In this document: in pieces, positions 32,201 through 43,700 of the stretch
How positions within the stretch are numbered: the first letter of the stretch is position 1
Layout: every line of letters starts with the position of its first letter
From: Heteronotia binoei
Lineage: Eukaryota
Length of the DNA: 64,000 nucleotides
Direction: 5' to 3'
NCBI RefSeq assembly: GCF_032191835.1
Contig: NC_083237.1
Coordinates: forward strand, 24,552,001-24,616,000
The notes under the pieces: model-generated
What the model saw: the letters and a program-made list of their open reading frames with translations, nothing else
Databases searched by the model: none
Told to the model about the DNA's origin: nothing
Translations under genes and position numbers: made by a program

Positions 32201-35200
32201 TGGGGGGGGGGGGATTATGAGTAGACAACAGGAAAGAAAGGATTAAAATCTCCTTTCCCTCCCACCACTCCTGTACCTGAGTTGAAGCCACTGCAGCCTC
32301 TTTACCAGATAAAAAAGCTACACCGGAACTTCTTTAGCCTTGTGACCACATTCCCTAGGGTGAACCCAGATGAGATGCTAGGAAATCTGTGAACAGCTCT
32401 CCAGCACATTTTAAATTGTTAAAACAAGAGCCATGTGCAAGAGGGGGATTCATATAGGGAACCTAATGTGGAAGGAGGGGTTTAATCCTTTCCCCCTGCT
32501 CTGTATTCTTATCCTTAGTTGTCCGTTCACAACTGCTGTGTGTTCCCACTGGGGGAAACATAAAGACAACATATGTTTTTATCAGTGGGGCAAAGAATAG
32601 ATCCAGGAATCTGACTGAGGTCAAGAAAATGGTGCACTGAAAAGGATGAAACTCCTCCTGCCCTGCCAGGGCTCTGTGGTTGCTATTTAACAATTTTTTG
32701 AAACTATGCCAGAGATCCATGCATGGAACTTCCAGCCTCTGTCTAGTTTGCCTGTGAGATCAATGGATGCACTCTAGGTACAGCAGCAATGCCTCTTTCC
32801 TACAAGCTATTGTCTGTCACCGGCCTCAGATTTTGCAGCTTCATGGCATCCAGGGCAGGTGTGTTGGCTGAATAATAGGCAAGTCAAGGAGACTAGGAAT
32901 TCTAAATATACATAGCCTAGAATTTGATGTATTCTTGTTCCTGCAGGTTATGGGATTTCTGCTTTATCTCATGAATTGGAGAGTCTTTGTCCACCCGTTT
33001 AAAAATACATACTGGGAAGCAGATGAGACCAGCCTTAAGTGGCATTGGACCATTTCATCCCTACAGTCTCTTACAGGTACGTACTTAGATTTTTGTTCTG
33101 TCTTGGTGGAACTTGCATGGGAAGACCACTTCTTCAGCTCTTCCAAAGACCCTTTATCCATGATGACTGGGAGCCAGTGCTGTTGGAGGAACACAGAACA
33201 ACGTCACCTGCAGATGGAAGAGCATGACAGGGATGGGCAGAGGCATGTAGAATAGAGAGAGCCCAGCTGGTGGATTGATGGGTTAGAGCCTTTCCCAGAA
33301 CAATACTATTTGACCCTACAAAAACACACATGTACAAGGAAGTATATTTGAAAAATCAGGGTGTATTGAAACTACAAAAATTGAGAACACCACCTGAACC
33401 CACAATATGAAAAAATGTGACACACATACAATTGCAAATGATATTCAATATAGCAACATCAAGTGTGCATGTACACACACACAAAAAAAAATAGAAATAG
33501 CAAAATCAAATGTAGAAATAGCAACATCAAAAGGGAGCTAACCAACATGGCAAACTACAGATTGCCAGCCTTTTGAGTAGATTTTCATCAGGCTGTTTCT
33601 GTGATACCCCATTTATTCAATTTCAAAACAGCTACCTAAAGTCAGTGGCAAAACACCTGTCTTCATTTGCAAAAATAGGTGGGTCTGGGTAGGCTGGTGT
33701 GGAGATGGCTGAAGAAGCAAAAGATGCTTTTTTGATTTTGTCATTCTCTTTCTTTGAGGATTCAGGTGGTGGTGTTGGGATCGGCCTTATTCAGACAGCT
33801 CTTTCTGGCAAATGGTTGCTTACATCCTGATGCTCACCTGTGTTTCAGAAGGCATGCTAGCAGTCTTCCATATCGTGTGTAGCCCAGCATCCTGGGAAGG
33901 GACGTTAGAAGGAGGCTTGGCCTTACCAGCAGCCACGTGCAACAGATATATCAGGCGCATCCAGCGTTCAAATTGGAAACCCTCCTCCCCATCAGGGGCA
34001 CAGAGCTGCAGGTAGTAGTTCCTTCCTGTTGCCATGTGTATTTTCAGGCGTCGCTCTTTCAAGTTGTGAACATAAATCTCCACCAGCTCCAAAGGGATCA
34101 ACCTGTGGGGAAGGAAGAAGTTCTTAGTTTGTGAGTCTCAGGTTCTTTGAGAATTTGGGAGTTGCAATGACAAGGAGTAGTGGAGGGAGCATCAGTCGCA
34201 CCGAGCAATTTCCAGTTTTCTGGACTTGGAATTTCCTTCTTTTTTATCCCGGGCAATGATCATCAAGTCGGGCAGCAGCATAGTGGGCGTGCTAGCCAAA
34301 ATACCCAAGATGACTATGTTGGGGTGGTTGAGGATGCCAATGAATTCACCCCTCTTGGTCACCTGTGGGTGGAGGAAAGGAGAGAAGCTGTCATGAATGC
34401 AAGCCAAAGGGTGTTGGCATCCAGCCATAGTAGATGCAGAGTACAAGGATCAAGATGATGCCCTTTCTGTGCCTTTGAAGGTGATCACTGGGCCATGTCT
34501 GGCTTGGCCTCTCTCCAGTCAGCCTTCTACATATGAAGAGACTTAGACAATGTCAGACGCCTGGTTCGTCTAGTGTGCAGTAGCATCGACTTTGACTGGC
34601 AGCAGCTCTCCAGGACACGGAAAAGCTTATCCATATCCAAACCTTAGATCCTTTAAAGTGAGCCACTGGAGAGAGGAAAAGCACAAACTGTAACCCTGCA
34701 CCACAGCTCTGACCTGTGTGACCCTCCACTCTCTAGTCTATTGCCTTTATCCTTTTCTCTGCTGTAGGCTGCCAACATTACAGTTTTGGCCTCTTTGTTC
34801 CTTTACATGCAACACACACAGAGGGTATCCTGAGAAAATGTGGCAACCTAACCAGGGCTGCAGGGGGGCTGCAGGCAACAGAGTTGAAACCATTTGTATG
34901 CTTCAGAGCTGGCTTATTCAATGCACATCCTTGCCCATTTGTGTAGGATCTGCAACAACAGATAAAGGTGTGGCAGTCTCTCCTTGCCACAGCGACAGCA
35001 GAGGGCAGTGCACACAAAGCTGCCTTATACTGAATCAAACCCTTGATCCATCAAGGTCAGTATTGTCTACTCAGGAGGCTCTCCGGAGTTTAAGGCAGAG
35101 GTCTGTCAGATCATTGCCTGCCTGTGCTCCTTTTAACTGAGGAACTGAACCTGGGACCTTCTGCATGCCAAGCAGGTGTTCTAGCACCAGTTTGATGTAA

Positions 35201-36230
35201 TGGTTAAGTGTGCGAACTCTTATCTGGGAGAACCAGGTTTGATTCCCCACTCCTCCACTTGCAGCTGGTGGAATGGCCTTGGGTCGGCTATCGCTCTCGC
35301 AGAGCTGTCCTTGAAAGGGCAGCTTCTGGGAGAGCTCTCTCAGCCTCACCTACCTTGCAGAGTGTCTGTTGTGGGGGAGGAAGGGAAAGGAGACTGTTAG
35401 CTGTTCTGAGATTCAGAGTGAAGGGTGGGGTATAAATCCAATATCAACATCATCTTCTTCTAAGCCACAGCCCCTCCCCTCAGTGCTTAGTCACCTGCAC
35501 AAAAGTGCCTTCAAAAATGGGTGCATCTCCTATCAGGTTGTATTCGCCCCTCTGCAGCAACTTATGCAGTTCGCCTTTTGTTGGAAGCCACCCGCCAAAG
35601 GCATGTTCACTGACACACTCAGGAAAGATGTGCTGGCCCCTCCGTATGTTCCCTAAGAGAGAAAACACAGAGGATGCTTATGGGAAAGTGAGAAAAGGCT
35701 TCTGAGGCCTTTAGCTGCATTGTCAGGGCCACCCATCGTTAGCACAGGATTCAGGAGTTATAGATCAGAACACAAATCCTTAATGCCGCTAGGATCGTCT
35801 CCCTTAGCCCCGTAACGTTACAGAGCTGAGCAACATTAACTGGCTGTCTACCGCCATCTCCAGAGCACCTCTCACCAACTCTCCCCAAACTATTGGCTTA
35901 TATGAGAGTCCAGACCACAGAAAGTGCGCTTCAAGTACTGGCTCTAGAGAACTCAAGCAAGCAAGCTAGAGCAAAGAGCACCATGCAATAGGACTACTCG
36001 TTTCCTTTTCCCAGGCATACTAGCCAATCTGATATATGGAAAAACTCCTTTCTGCATGGTCATCATCAGCTCCTGAGCACAAAGAAAACCCATCAGTCCA
36101 GGTTTTTTCCCTATTAGGCCACAATTTCATGACAACTTCCAGCATCCTCTCAGCTGTTCCTGCTCTCTAATGTACTGGGTCCTTCAGCCTCCCCACTCAA
36201 GAAGCTCCTACCTGGAGGATACGTGATCAT
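18783..36230 (-). CDS. GARIN5B: Golgi-associated RAB2 interactor (GARIN/FAM71 family), most like GARIN5B/FAM71E2; 8-exon model, about 1246 aa
   Basis: Exons 36212-36230, 35495-35652, 34202-34362, 33838-34102, 33075-33179, 27353-28914, 26629-26678 and 18783-20203 are phase-compatible (3741 nt). N-terminal FAM71 domain: WLPTKGELHKLLQRGEY..APIFEGTFVQVTKRGE..ILGILASTPTMLLPDLMIIAR..LIPLELVEIYVHNLKERRLKIHMATGRNYYLQL. Long Ser/Thr/Pro/Gly-rich tail. The middle and 3' exon choices are less certain. Confidence 0.8.
20430..20800 (+). mobile_element. L2 LINE 3' fragment
   Basis: RQVATQDWSFLVMVPKLWNSLP L2 ORF2 end. Confidence 0.7.
21325..21890 (+). mobile_element. hAT (Charlie-like) MITE, same family as 8122 and 30466
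   Basis: ccaggagtgttgaactc..gatctgacataaatgagaccttgttgggccgg shared internal sequence; right end eroded. Confidence 0.75.
22850..24010 (+). mobile_element. Degenerate non-LTR retrotransposon reverse-transcriptase fragment (clade not determined)
   Basis: GVKQGCVLA..LLNLFLTDL, LLYA-DD, INYAKSKVVVF, FKYLGITF RT motifs with frameshifts and stops. Confidence 0.8.
25815..25990 (+). mobile_element. 5S rRNA-headed SINE
   Basis: agctgagcagggtcaaacctgg..acttggatgggagacc..ggaatacca. Confidence 0.75.
26629..26678 (-). CDS. GARIN5B: GARIN5B-like 50-nt exon 7 (DQTSKSKSRLKNALSS)
   Basis: tatcttttcag acceptor, G|GTAAGG donor; phases 2/1 bridge exons 6 and 8. Confidence 0.6.
27036..27225 (+). mobile_element. 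hAT (Blackjack-like) MITE
   Basis: tagggttgcta start; family core; ggagttgccaatcct end. Confidence 0.65.
27353..28914 (-). CDS. GARIN5B: GARIN5B-like giant exon 6 (low-complexity, 48-aa duplication)
   Basis: More than 500 open codons; acceptor ttcttctgtatag; donors at 27353 (AG|GTATGT) or 27327 (G|GTAAGA). Confidence 0.8.
28952..29238. mobile_element. Palindromic PIF/Harbinger-like MITE (132-bp arms)
   Basis: Arms 28952-29083 and 29107-29238 are reverse complements with 3 mismatches; ggcc termini; 3-bp TSD ata. Confidence 0.85.
29478..29673. mobile_element. hAT MITE (cagggcttttt-type) with duplicated octamer unit
   Basis: cagagcttttttt / aaaaaaagccctg; TSD caaaactg/aaaaactg; two gtggcctaatatgcaaatgagttc units. 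Confidence 0.75.
30466..30922 (+). mobile_element. hAT (Charlie-like) MITE
   Basis: caggggtatcaaac / gtttgacacccctg; perfect TSD gcttaagg. Confidence 0.9.
33075..33179 (-). CDS. GARIN5B: GARIN5B-like exon 5 (HWLPVIMDK...KYVP)
   Basis: ttcctccaacag acceptor, GTAAGA donor, phase 0/0, open frame; no homology support. Confidence 0.55.
33838..34102 (-). CDS. GARIN5B: GARIN5B-like exon 4
   Basis: LIPLELVEIYVH..MATGRNYYLQL..WMRLIYLL; CAG|GTGAG donor. Confidence 0.9.
34202..34362 (-). CDS. GARIN5B: GARIN5B-like exon 3
   Basis: VTKRGEFIGILNHPNIVILGILASTPTMLLPDLMIIAR; AG/GT boundaries. Confidence 0.9.
35040..35460. mobile_element. Two back-to-back tRNA-derived SINEs (about 35040-35185 minus; 35186-35460 plus, Squam3-like)
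   Basis: gaacctgggaccttctgcatg (reverse B box); gtaatggttaag..ggtttgattcccc head and (tct)n tail. Confidence 0.7.
35495..35652 (-). CDS. GARIN5B: GARIN5B-like exon 2
   Basis: GELHKLLQRGEY..FEGTFVQ FAM71 motif; AG/GT boundaries. Confidence 0.9.
36212..36230 (-). CDS. GARIN5B: GARIN5B-like exon 1 (MITYPP G)
   Basis: gcagccATG Kozak context, G|GTAGGA donor, phase 1 matching the next acceptor. Confidence 0.6.
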
Positions 36231-36934
36231 GGCTGCAAGTAAGTGGAGCTCAGAGGCAACTTATAGGGCCTTGTGGATTATTGTGGCACAACAACAGGGG
36301 TGTTCCTTGGGCCACAGAGTACTGATTTCATTATTCTAGGTGGGGCTAGGCCCCCCATGTCCCCACAGGATCCCTGACTCCACCCATAGAGGCCTCTCTT
36401 CTTTGCAAGTGACTGAACGGTGTCCTCGCCCCAGCGGAATCTTTGCCTGCAAGCCTGCACATTGTGACATCAGCAGAGACCCAGGAGCTGAACTGCTACA
36501 TGTGCATTTTCTGTTGTGGGCCCCACCTTATGGAACGGCCTGCCTGCCTGATGAGGTCAGGAAGGCTCCCACCCTCTTGGCTTTCTGCAAGCTCTGAAAA
36601 CCTGAATTGTTCAAGAGGGCTTTTTTAGACAGGTAATGGGGCTCCACTGTAACAAAATAATTCTGAAACGTGGTTCAGTAAAGAGTAAGGAACAGTGGAC
36701 TATGCTCTACATATTGTTCATGCTGCCTATTGCTGTAAGTAGGATCCTTGTAACTCATTTTTAGCGTCATCCTGTTTTGTTTCAGCTCTTCTTTAGATTT
36801 CTGGTTGGTTCCAGATTTCTATCATCCAAATCCTGTTGCATTGTTTATTGGATGTCCCATCCTGTTGATACGAAGGATCATGCCTCAGGTCAGGAGCTGA
36901 AATTCCGATGGTTTTCAGCCTCCCTTTGCCAGCA

Positions 36935-37375
36935 GTTAGGGCTACCAACTCCAGCTTGGGAAATTCCTGGAGAGTTGGGGTCAGAGCCCGTGGAGGGTAG
37001 AATTCACTTTGAATCTGTGGCATTTTACAGATTCTGCCTTCTGAATCCGCTATTTGCTCCAGAGGAACTGATCTTTGTAGTCTGGAAATCAGTTGTAATT
37101 CTGAGAGTTCCAGGGCCCACCTGGAGATTGGCAACCCTACCAGCAGTTGATTTCTGTGAGTAGAATTGCTGCCTCTCCCCCAGCCAGATCCAGGGATGCC
37201 AGATCCAGGCTGGGAAACTCCTGGAAATTTGGGGATGGAGCCTGATGCACCTCAGTGAAGTGCAATACCATAGACTCCATGCTCCAAAGCATCCTCTTTC
37301 TCCAGGGGAAAATATCTCTGTAATCTGGAAATGAGCTGTAATTCTGGAGGATCCCTAAGTCCCACCTGGAGACTG
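36935..37375 (-). mobile_element. Two Blackjack-like MITE copies
   Basis: tagggctacca..ggcaacccta (36935-37140) and a related copy at 37185-37375. Confidence 0.65.
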
Positions 37376-37411
37376 GTATCAAGCAGGACTCATGTCTCCA
37401 TGCATACCTGG

Positions 37412-37712
37412 GGACAGGGCCTTTTTTTTTAAATAATAATAATAATAATAAATTTTATTTCTATCCCGCCCTCCCCACCTCGGCAGGCTCAGGGCGGCTA
37501 ACAACATTTCGGGCGGCTAACAACATTTCCAACATTTTTTAGCAGAAACGCAGTTCCAGCTGGCTTGGAGTCAGGGGTTGTTTATGGCCTAATACTCAAT
37601 TGAGTTCCTGCTGGGCTTTTTCTACAAAAAAAAGGCCTTGCGCTAAACAATGGTGACATCAGGGGTGTGGCCTAATATGCAAATGAATTCCTGCTGGGCT
37701 TTTAAGCCCTGC
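37412..37712. mobile_element. hAT MITE (cagggcttttt-type) fragments
   Basis: agcagaaacgcagttccagctggc..gtggcctaatatgcaaatga..aagccctg as at 29478. Confidence 0.6.
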
Positions 37713-38579
37713 CTGGGGACATACTTTTTAGGATGATTGTGTTATATTCCAAGGCTAAACTACAATGGGTTCAAACCAAACCTTGATTCTAGCCCCTGTT
37801 TCTCTCCTGGCATTGACCCGGACTCCTTCACAAGAACCTGCATGTAATGCAGCAAGCTGGGCAGAATAAACAAGCAAGTTTTCTTGTGTTAGCAATATGA
37901 AAAAGTCCCAAGGCTCCATTGGCGTTGTAGAAAATCCAGATGCTTTAAAAAAAATGTTGGCAACCCTCTCTTCCTGCAGAGCAGAATACATAGCTCTTCC
38001 CCACCCATGCCCCTTTTATTCCCACAAGAAGTCTTTTGCAGGGCACCACAAGTTGGGCTGCAAGCAATGGTGGTTCAAATCTCCATTTCAGCAAGTCTCT
38101 GTTTTGAGCTTAACGCCTCAGCTCCCAGGGATTGTAAGGCTAAGCCAGCAGCTAGTATGCTTCATGGTATGGAAAGTGCTTACAGAAGTGCGGATGGTGA
38201 CAGATCATTACAGCACTGGCCAGAGAGCTAACAAGACAGTGGATCCCAGAGATCCAAAGGCCTTTCCCGTCTGCACACATGCTTCCACTAATGGCTGGCT
38301 GATCCTGAGCAACCCAAAAGGTGCACTGCCAGGCATGGATATGACAGCAACACCGGTGTGTAGCTTCAGTGTCCTTAACACCTTGTCACCACTTGTGCCT
38401 TCAGGCAGCTAGAGTAGGCAGTGACCAGAGCCCATATCTCTTTAGTTTCAGTGCTGCTATTGGATGAAATATTCCCAGACATTATGTTTTCTAAATGTTA
38501 CTAGGGGTGTGCAAATACGTCATTTTCACATATATTAAGGGGTCTCTGCCACTGAGCCACAGTCCCTGAGCCACATCCA

Positions 38580-38860
38580 GAGAGCCAGTTTAGTGTAGTG
38601 GTTAAGTGTGTGGACTCTTATATAGGAGAACTGGATTTCATTCCCTACTCCTGCACATGCACCTGCTGTGACCTTGAGTCACAAGTTCTCACAGAGCTGT
38701 TCTTCTCAAGAGCAGTTTCTATCAGAGCTCTCTCAGCTCCACCTCACAGGATGTCTATCATGGGGAGGGGAAGGAAAAGGAGATTGTAAGCTGCTCTGAG
38801 ACTGCTTTGGGTAGTAAAGGACGAGGAATAAATACATTCTCTTCTTCTTTCTTCTTCTTT
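38580..38860 (+). mobile_element. tRNA-derived SINE (Squam3-like)
   Basis: tagtgtagtggttaagtg head; gggaaggaaaaggagattgtaag; (tct)n tail. Confidence 0.75.
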
Positions 38861-40311
38861 GCAGCAGTATTCTCAGCCATTCCCTGCAGCTGCTGTGGGG
38901 AACCCAGAGCCAACTTATCAAAAACCCTGCAGGATTCCTTAGTTAGGAGAAACCATGTGGGCTGACTAGTAGTTTTCTCTAGTCAGCTTTCATACTAAAA
39001 CGACTAAGTGTAAAAATGCTGCTTCTGTAGTTGCTAAGTGCTAAAAGGCATACAGGCACCATCACAGTGGCCTCAACATTCAGATCTTCTTCATGGTCTC
39101 TGTGCATCACACCTATGGGACACAGTGCACCTGCACTGACCCTGATTGGTACTTAACAACCCAAAGGATCTTCACGCCCAGATTCCAGTGGTGAGTGCAA
39201 AACCCCCACCATGCATGCTCATTGGAGTGGGTGCGAACATCCAGCCAGTTCTCTTCTGACTGCCACGCTGATCAGTCATTCTCACTCCAGTCAGTATTTT
39301 TGTTAAATTTCCCTTTTTCCTTAGCCATTTCTTTTCTGTTTCTTATGACATGTATGCTATCATTTTCTAACTGGAGGCACTGAGACTCTCCTGTGACAAT
39401 AGTTGCACCGGACATGCTTCATCCTTCCTGGATCATGACCTGTTTGAAAAAGTGGTTTATTTCTTCCCCACAGCCTGAAGCAAAAGCTAGTGATGCATTA
39501 CCCATTTCTGACCTGTCTTTGCCTATACAGCCTGGCTTTGAAAGCCTGCATTGTCATCACCCTTTATGAGTAGCTTATCCACCACTCTTAGAAAGCATCT
39601 GGATCCAGTTTGTGTGAAACCAAAAAGCAGACAAAAGAAATTAATAGCTTTATTGAGAAGCTATCCCACAAAATAATAAATTCTGAGAGGGTGCCAGAGG
39701 CCCTACCCTTCTTGAGGCAAACAAAACAGCAACCCTGAGAAACCAACAGCGAGTCAGGAGCCTGGCCAAGCATCACACCAGAGCTCCAGGGAGGACTTGG
39801 TTAACTCCACAGCACCAGGAACTAGCCAATTCCTGCTCCCCGCCAACAGCAAGGCAACACAGCAGGGCAAAGCAACTCCCCCTTGAGGTTATGCGGAGTA
39901 ATGCTGCAGGGTCAAGTCGACGCCACATTTCAGCTCTCCACTCCAGTTTAGTTCCAGATTCACCAGTCTTGCCCCTCTATCCCAACCCGTGGAATCAAAA
40001 GTGCATCAGAATCACAGTCAAAAATAGGAGCCAGAAGGGAACACAAGAGTTCTTGCTCTAATGCCCTGCTTGTTCTCCTCCAGATACCTCCGGAATCCTG
40101 GTTCTCAGCCTCCTTTGCTGCAACTTATTTAGGCACGTTTGCTTCTTTCCCAGCTTGAACTAGACCTCCTTCTGCTCTGCTGGAAGATGTGGGCTTCCTA
40201 ACTCTCAGCTCCTAACCACCTAAATGATAACAGATGAGATAGGCGACATGGGAGCAGGGAGCAAAAGTATCAAGATTGGATGGGGGTGGCATCTGTATAT
40301 GGGCAGGGAAC

Positions 40312-40317
40312 TTTATT
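40312..40317 (-). terminator. Poly(A) signal AATAAA of the JIP3/4-like gene
   Basis: tttatt on + strand about 285 nt after the stop. Confidence 0.55.
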
Positions 40318-40602
40318 GCACAATGATGCATTGTTCCAGTTGGAAGGCACTGCAGATGGTCAAGAAGGTGGTAGGAAGAACAACCAGCTGCAGCTGCCCT
40401 CTCTGAGCATTTTCAGGAAACAGATCCTGATGTGCGCATGGCGTTTTCACATCACCGGCCCTGTAGACCTTAGACGCTTAATTCCCAAACGAAGAGGCTG
40501 GGAGAGCGAGGGCACCACCACCACCCAGCAGCTGTGCCATTTCATCCTAACTGGGAGCCCAGGACACGACACCTGAGCAGTGTCATGCCGATCACTGCAG
40601 CC

Positions 40603-40703
40603 TTAGGCCTGCACCTGCCAGACAATCAGGTGACTCCGCTCAGCACGACGTAAGCGCGGGTTGGGGAGAAGCAGGTCACCGTAGCGTTCATCAGTGTCAT
40701 CTC
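40603..40703 (-). CDS. JIP3/4-like last exon
   Basis: [32 protein letters not shown]. Confidence 0.93.
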
Positions 40704-43700
40704 CTGGGATTGTGGAGAAACGGGAGAGAAGAGGTGAGCTGTGGTGCTGAAATAACCAAGTAGGATGTCCTCTTCATGCAAGCATCTTGGATCCCGTTCC
40801 CACCCCCAGACTTCTAGGGAACGTGCTCACCTATCCGGAGATTAATGTAGCCTTCCCCTCCACTTAGCACCAAAGTGCAAGGCTTCCTTGGCCTCTCTTT
40901 GTGGGACTCCTTGGGATTCTCCAAAGGGGACAGATCTTTACATCCTAAAATGAACACGGCAGACAGACAGCTTACAAAAAAAAAATACCCCTAGATGAGG
41001 GCTGAAGGCATTCCAAGATTCTACAATCATGTCGCATAGTTGGATGCTGGGCCCAGAATCCCACACCCTGATAGTTTCAGCATTCAGTTCTTTTATGTGA
41101 AGCATTATCTCAGAGTTGGGAACAGAGGGCTTATTCTCCCACCCCCAAGCTTCCAGGTGGGCTGCTGTCTAACAAATTTCTAGTCTTCAAAAATTTCAGA
41201 GACAAGACTTGGATTGTGGACGATGGCTGGCGAAGTCTCAACAGAAAGGAAGAAAGCTGAATTATACTGCTGGAGAGGAAAAGGGAGCTGGGTCTCAAAT
41301 CCTGCACAATCAGGATTGTACACAATCAGAAAGCAAGCGAAGATGGGTCAGAGAATCCAGTGTTTCTTGGTGCAGAGTAAACAAGTCCAGCTTCAGCCCT
41401 GATTTACAGCGAAGTCCTAAAAGAACACCTTCCTGGAAGTAAGCTCCTTTGAAAAGATCTGCGTAGACCTGCTTAGCATTGCTCCAATGATCACCTGGCT
41501 GGGAGCATTTCCTGCTCTGCTGAACCTCGGTTTGCAGTCCATGGCTGCTTCATACAACAAAATAATTTTCACACAGGTCCTGTCCAAAGTCCCCACCCCA
41601 CCCACTGGACCACTCCTCCCTTCCACATACCCAAACCAGCTCCCAGTTTCTCACTGCTCGTACAACTGGGTGGCTTTTCCCCAAACAACCTCGTACTCTT
41701 GCATCATCCCTTGCTTCAACCAACTTCAGACCATCTCATTTTCTCATATCTGACCCAAGAGACCAAGACAGAGAGAGAGCTGCAATACTCCCTCTAAGCT
41801 GTGGCGTCTTGTGAGCAAAAATTCTACTTTGTGAGCTACTGGCACTAAAGTTGTGAACTACTGCATAAATTAATTTGCTCTGGGGCCATGCCTCCTGAGC
41901 TAAGGCAAAAATGTGTGAACTGGAGGCTAAAGAACTGAGCTAGCTCACACTAACTCAGATTAGATTAAACGCTGGAGAGCTGAACACCAAAATACTAAAA
42001 TGCCATGAGTTCACCCAAATAAACAGGCTCTCTTCCATCAAAAATGAAGCTCTCCCACTTTTTCGTCTCACATTTTAATTCATTCAGCTCCATTCCTCTC
42101 CCAAAGAATTCATGGACAATTTATCCCCCTTTTGCCACCTGGTTACCTGGGACAGAAACAAAGAAGCGAACAGCATCACGGTGCCCATGATAGCTGATCT
42201 GGGCTTGCTCCATGGCACAGTAAGGGATCACAGCTGGCATGGGAGATTCCGAGCTTCCTGCAGCTTCTACAGAGAAAGAGAAATCAGAAGTTCATGGAAA
42301 CAGCCACCAGAGGGCAGTGCTATGCCTGTCATCCTCTGAAAGCTCCACAGGGTGACCCATCCTCTTATTTTACACGTGCTTACCAGAGATGAAGGGCAAA
42401 GAGATGATGGGACCTCCGGACATGCCGACCCACAGCCGCTTCCCAAAAGTACCAAGTGCTGTGATGTTCAGGGCTAAACTAAGGCTGTTGGGCCCTAAAA
42501 TGGAAGGAGAAAGAAAGGGCCATGAATGAGCTTCAGGCATGGCCATTCAAAACCAAAGCCAACACCAGGTATTAACACACTCAAGTTATTTCTGTCCAGG
42601 AGGCAACACCCTCAATAGCATTGCTGGGAGCAGCAGAATCTCGAAGAATTATCTTGGGCTCTAAGTGGCTCAGTGTCTTGCCCTTAGAGAAGGGCAGCCA
42701 GTCCTGGAATTTTTACCAGAAGTGGGCCAATTGCTCAGAGGTGGTGATCCCAAATTTAGTCCCCAGCACTTTCAGTTAAAGGATCTTCAATCACAGCTAG
42801 CGGGAAAGATTTTTCTGCCCGAGACCCTGGTGAGTCATTGCCAGACAGAGCAGACAATGCTGAACTCAATGCACACCTCCCCCCCTACACATACAGGGTT
42901 TTTAAAAAAAATCTTTCTGCAGTTAGGACAGGGAAGAGCGATTCAGGACTGAGCGGGGACTTTGAAACCAAGTCCCCCTATTCCAAGACCAATTTTCTCT
43001 GACCAGTACACTATCCTTATTCATCCCTCTGCTAGTCACAGGGCAGCAGAGGTCTGCCTGAATGTCCCCCACCCCATGTCAAAATTCTTATTCTGCCACC
43101 CCGTTGACTTCTGAGTGTTGCCTGCATTCTTGACCTCACTCTGAGGGTTGGTACGAACCAAGCTCTGCCGCGGCTGCTCACCAAGCATGCGGCTGATATA
43201 AGGCCCCAACTCCACTTCCTGCAAGGGCTGCCCGGTCTCCGCGTGAAGCAAGCGCAGAGTGGAGTCCAGCCGAACAGAGACCCATATGCCATTGCCAGCA
43301 GCCACCATATGCCGCACTTGGCTTTCAGGATGCGAAGTCACCTCAAAGTACCGCTGGGAGAAGAAGGGCAATGCAAGTTATAACAGGCAGCCGATTCACA
43401 GAATTCCTCCCTCCACCACCACTATCAGTCTGGTTATTGGACCTTAGATCTTATGGCTGAAGAACTGGTCTTTTTACACTCTGATAAACTACTCCTTGGG
43501 ATCTCCCAATTTCACTACAAATGGCTGACACAAATTTACTGCTTAGTCCCTGTCTCCTACATTTAAGTATCTTGTTCTGATATCAGTTGAGTGGATCATA
43601 CAAGATCCAGCCATCTCAAACAGCCATATAAGGAATTTAAATCTCCCACTTCGGCTCCACAAGTGCCCCATCTCCCACAAGTCCCTGAGATGACCTGGAT

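Noticed and set aside
39084-39191. Plus-strand AG...GTGAGT-bounded open segment
   Set aside because: Isolated, with no partner exons or homology.
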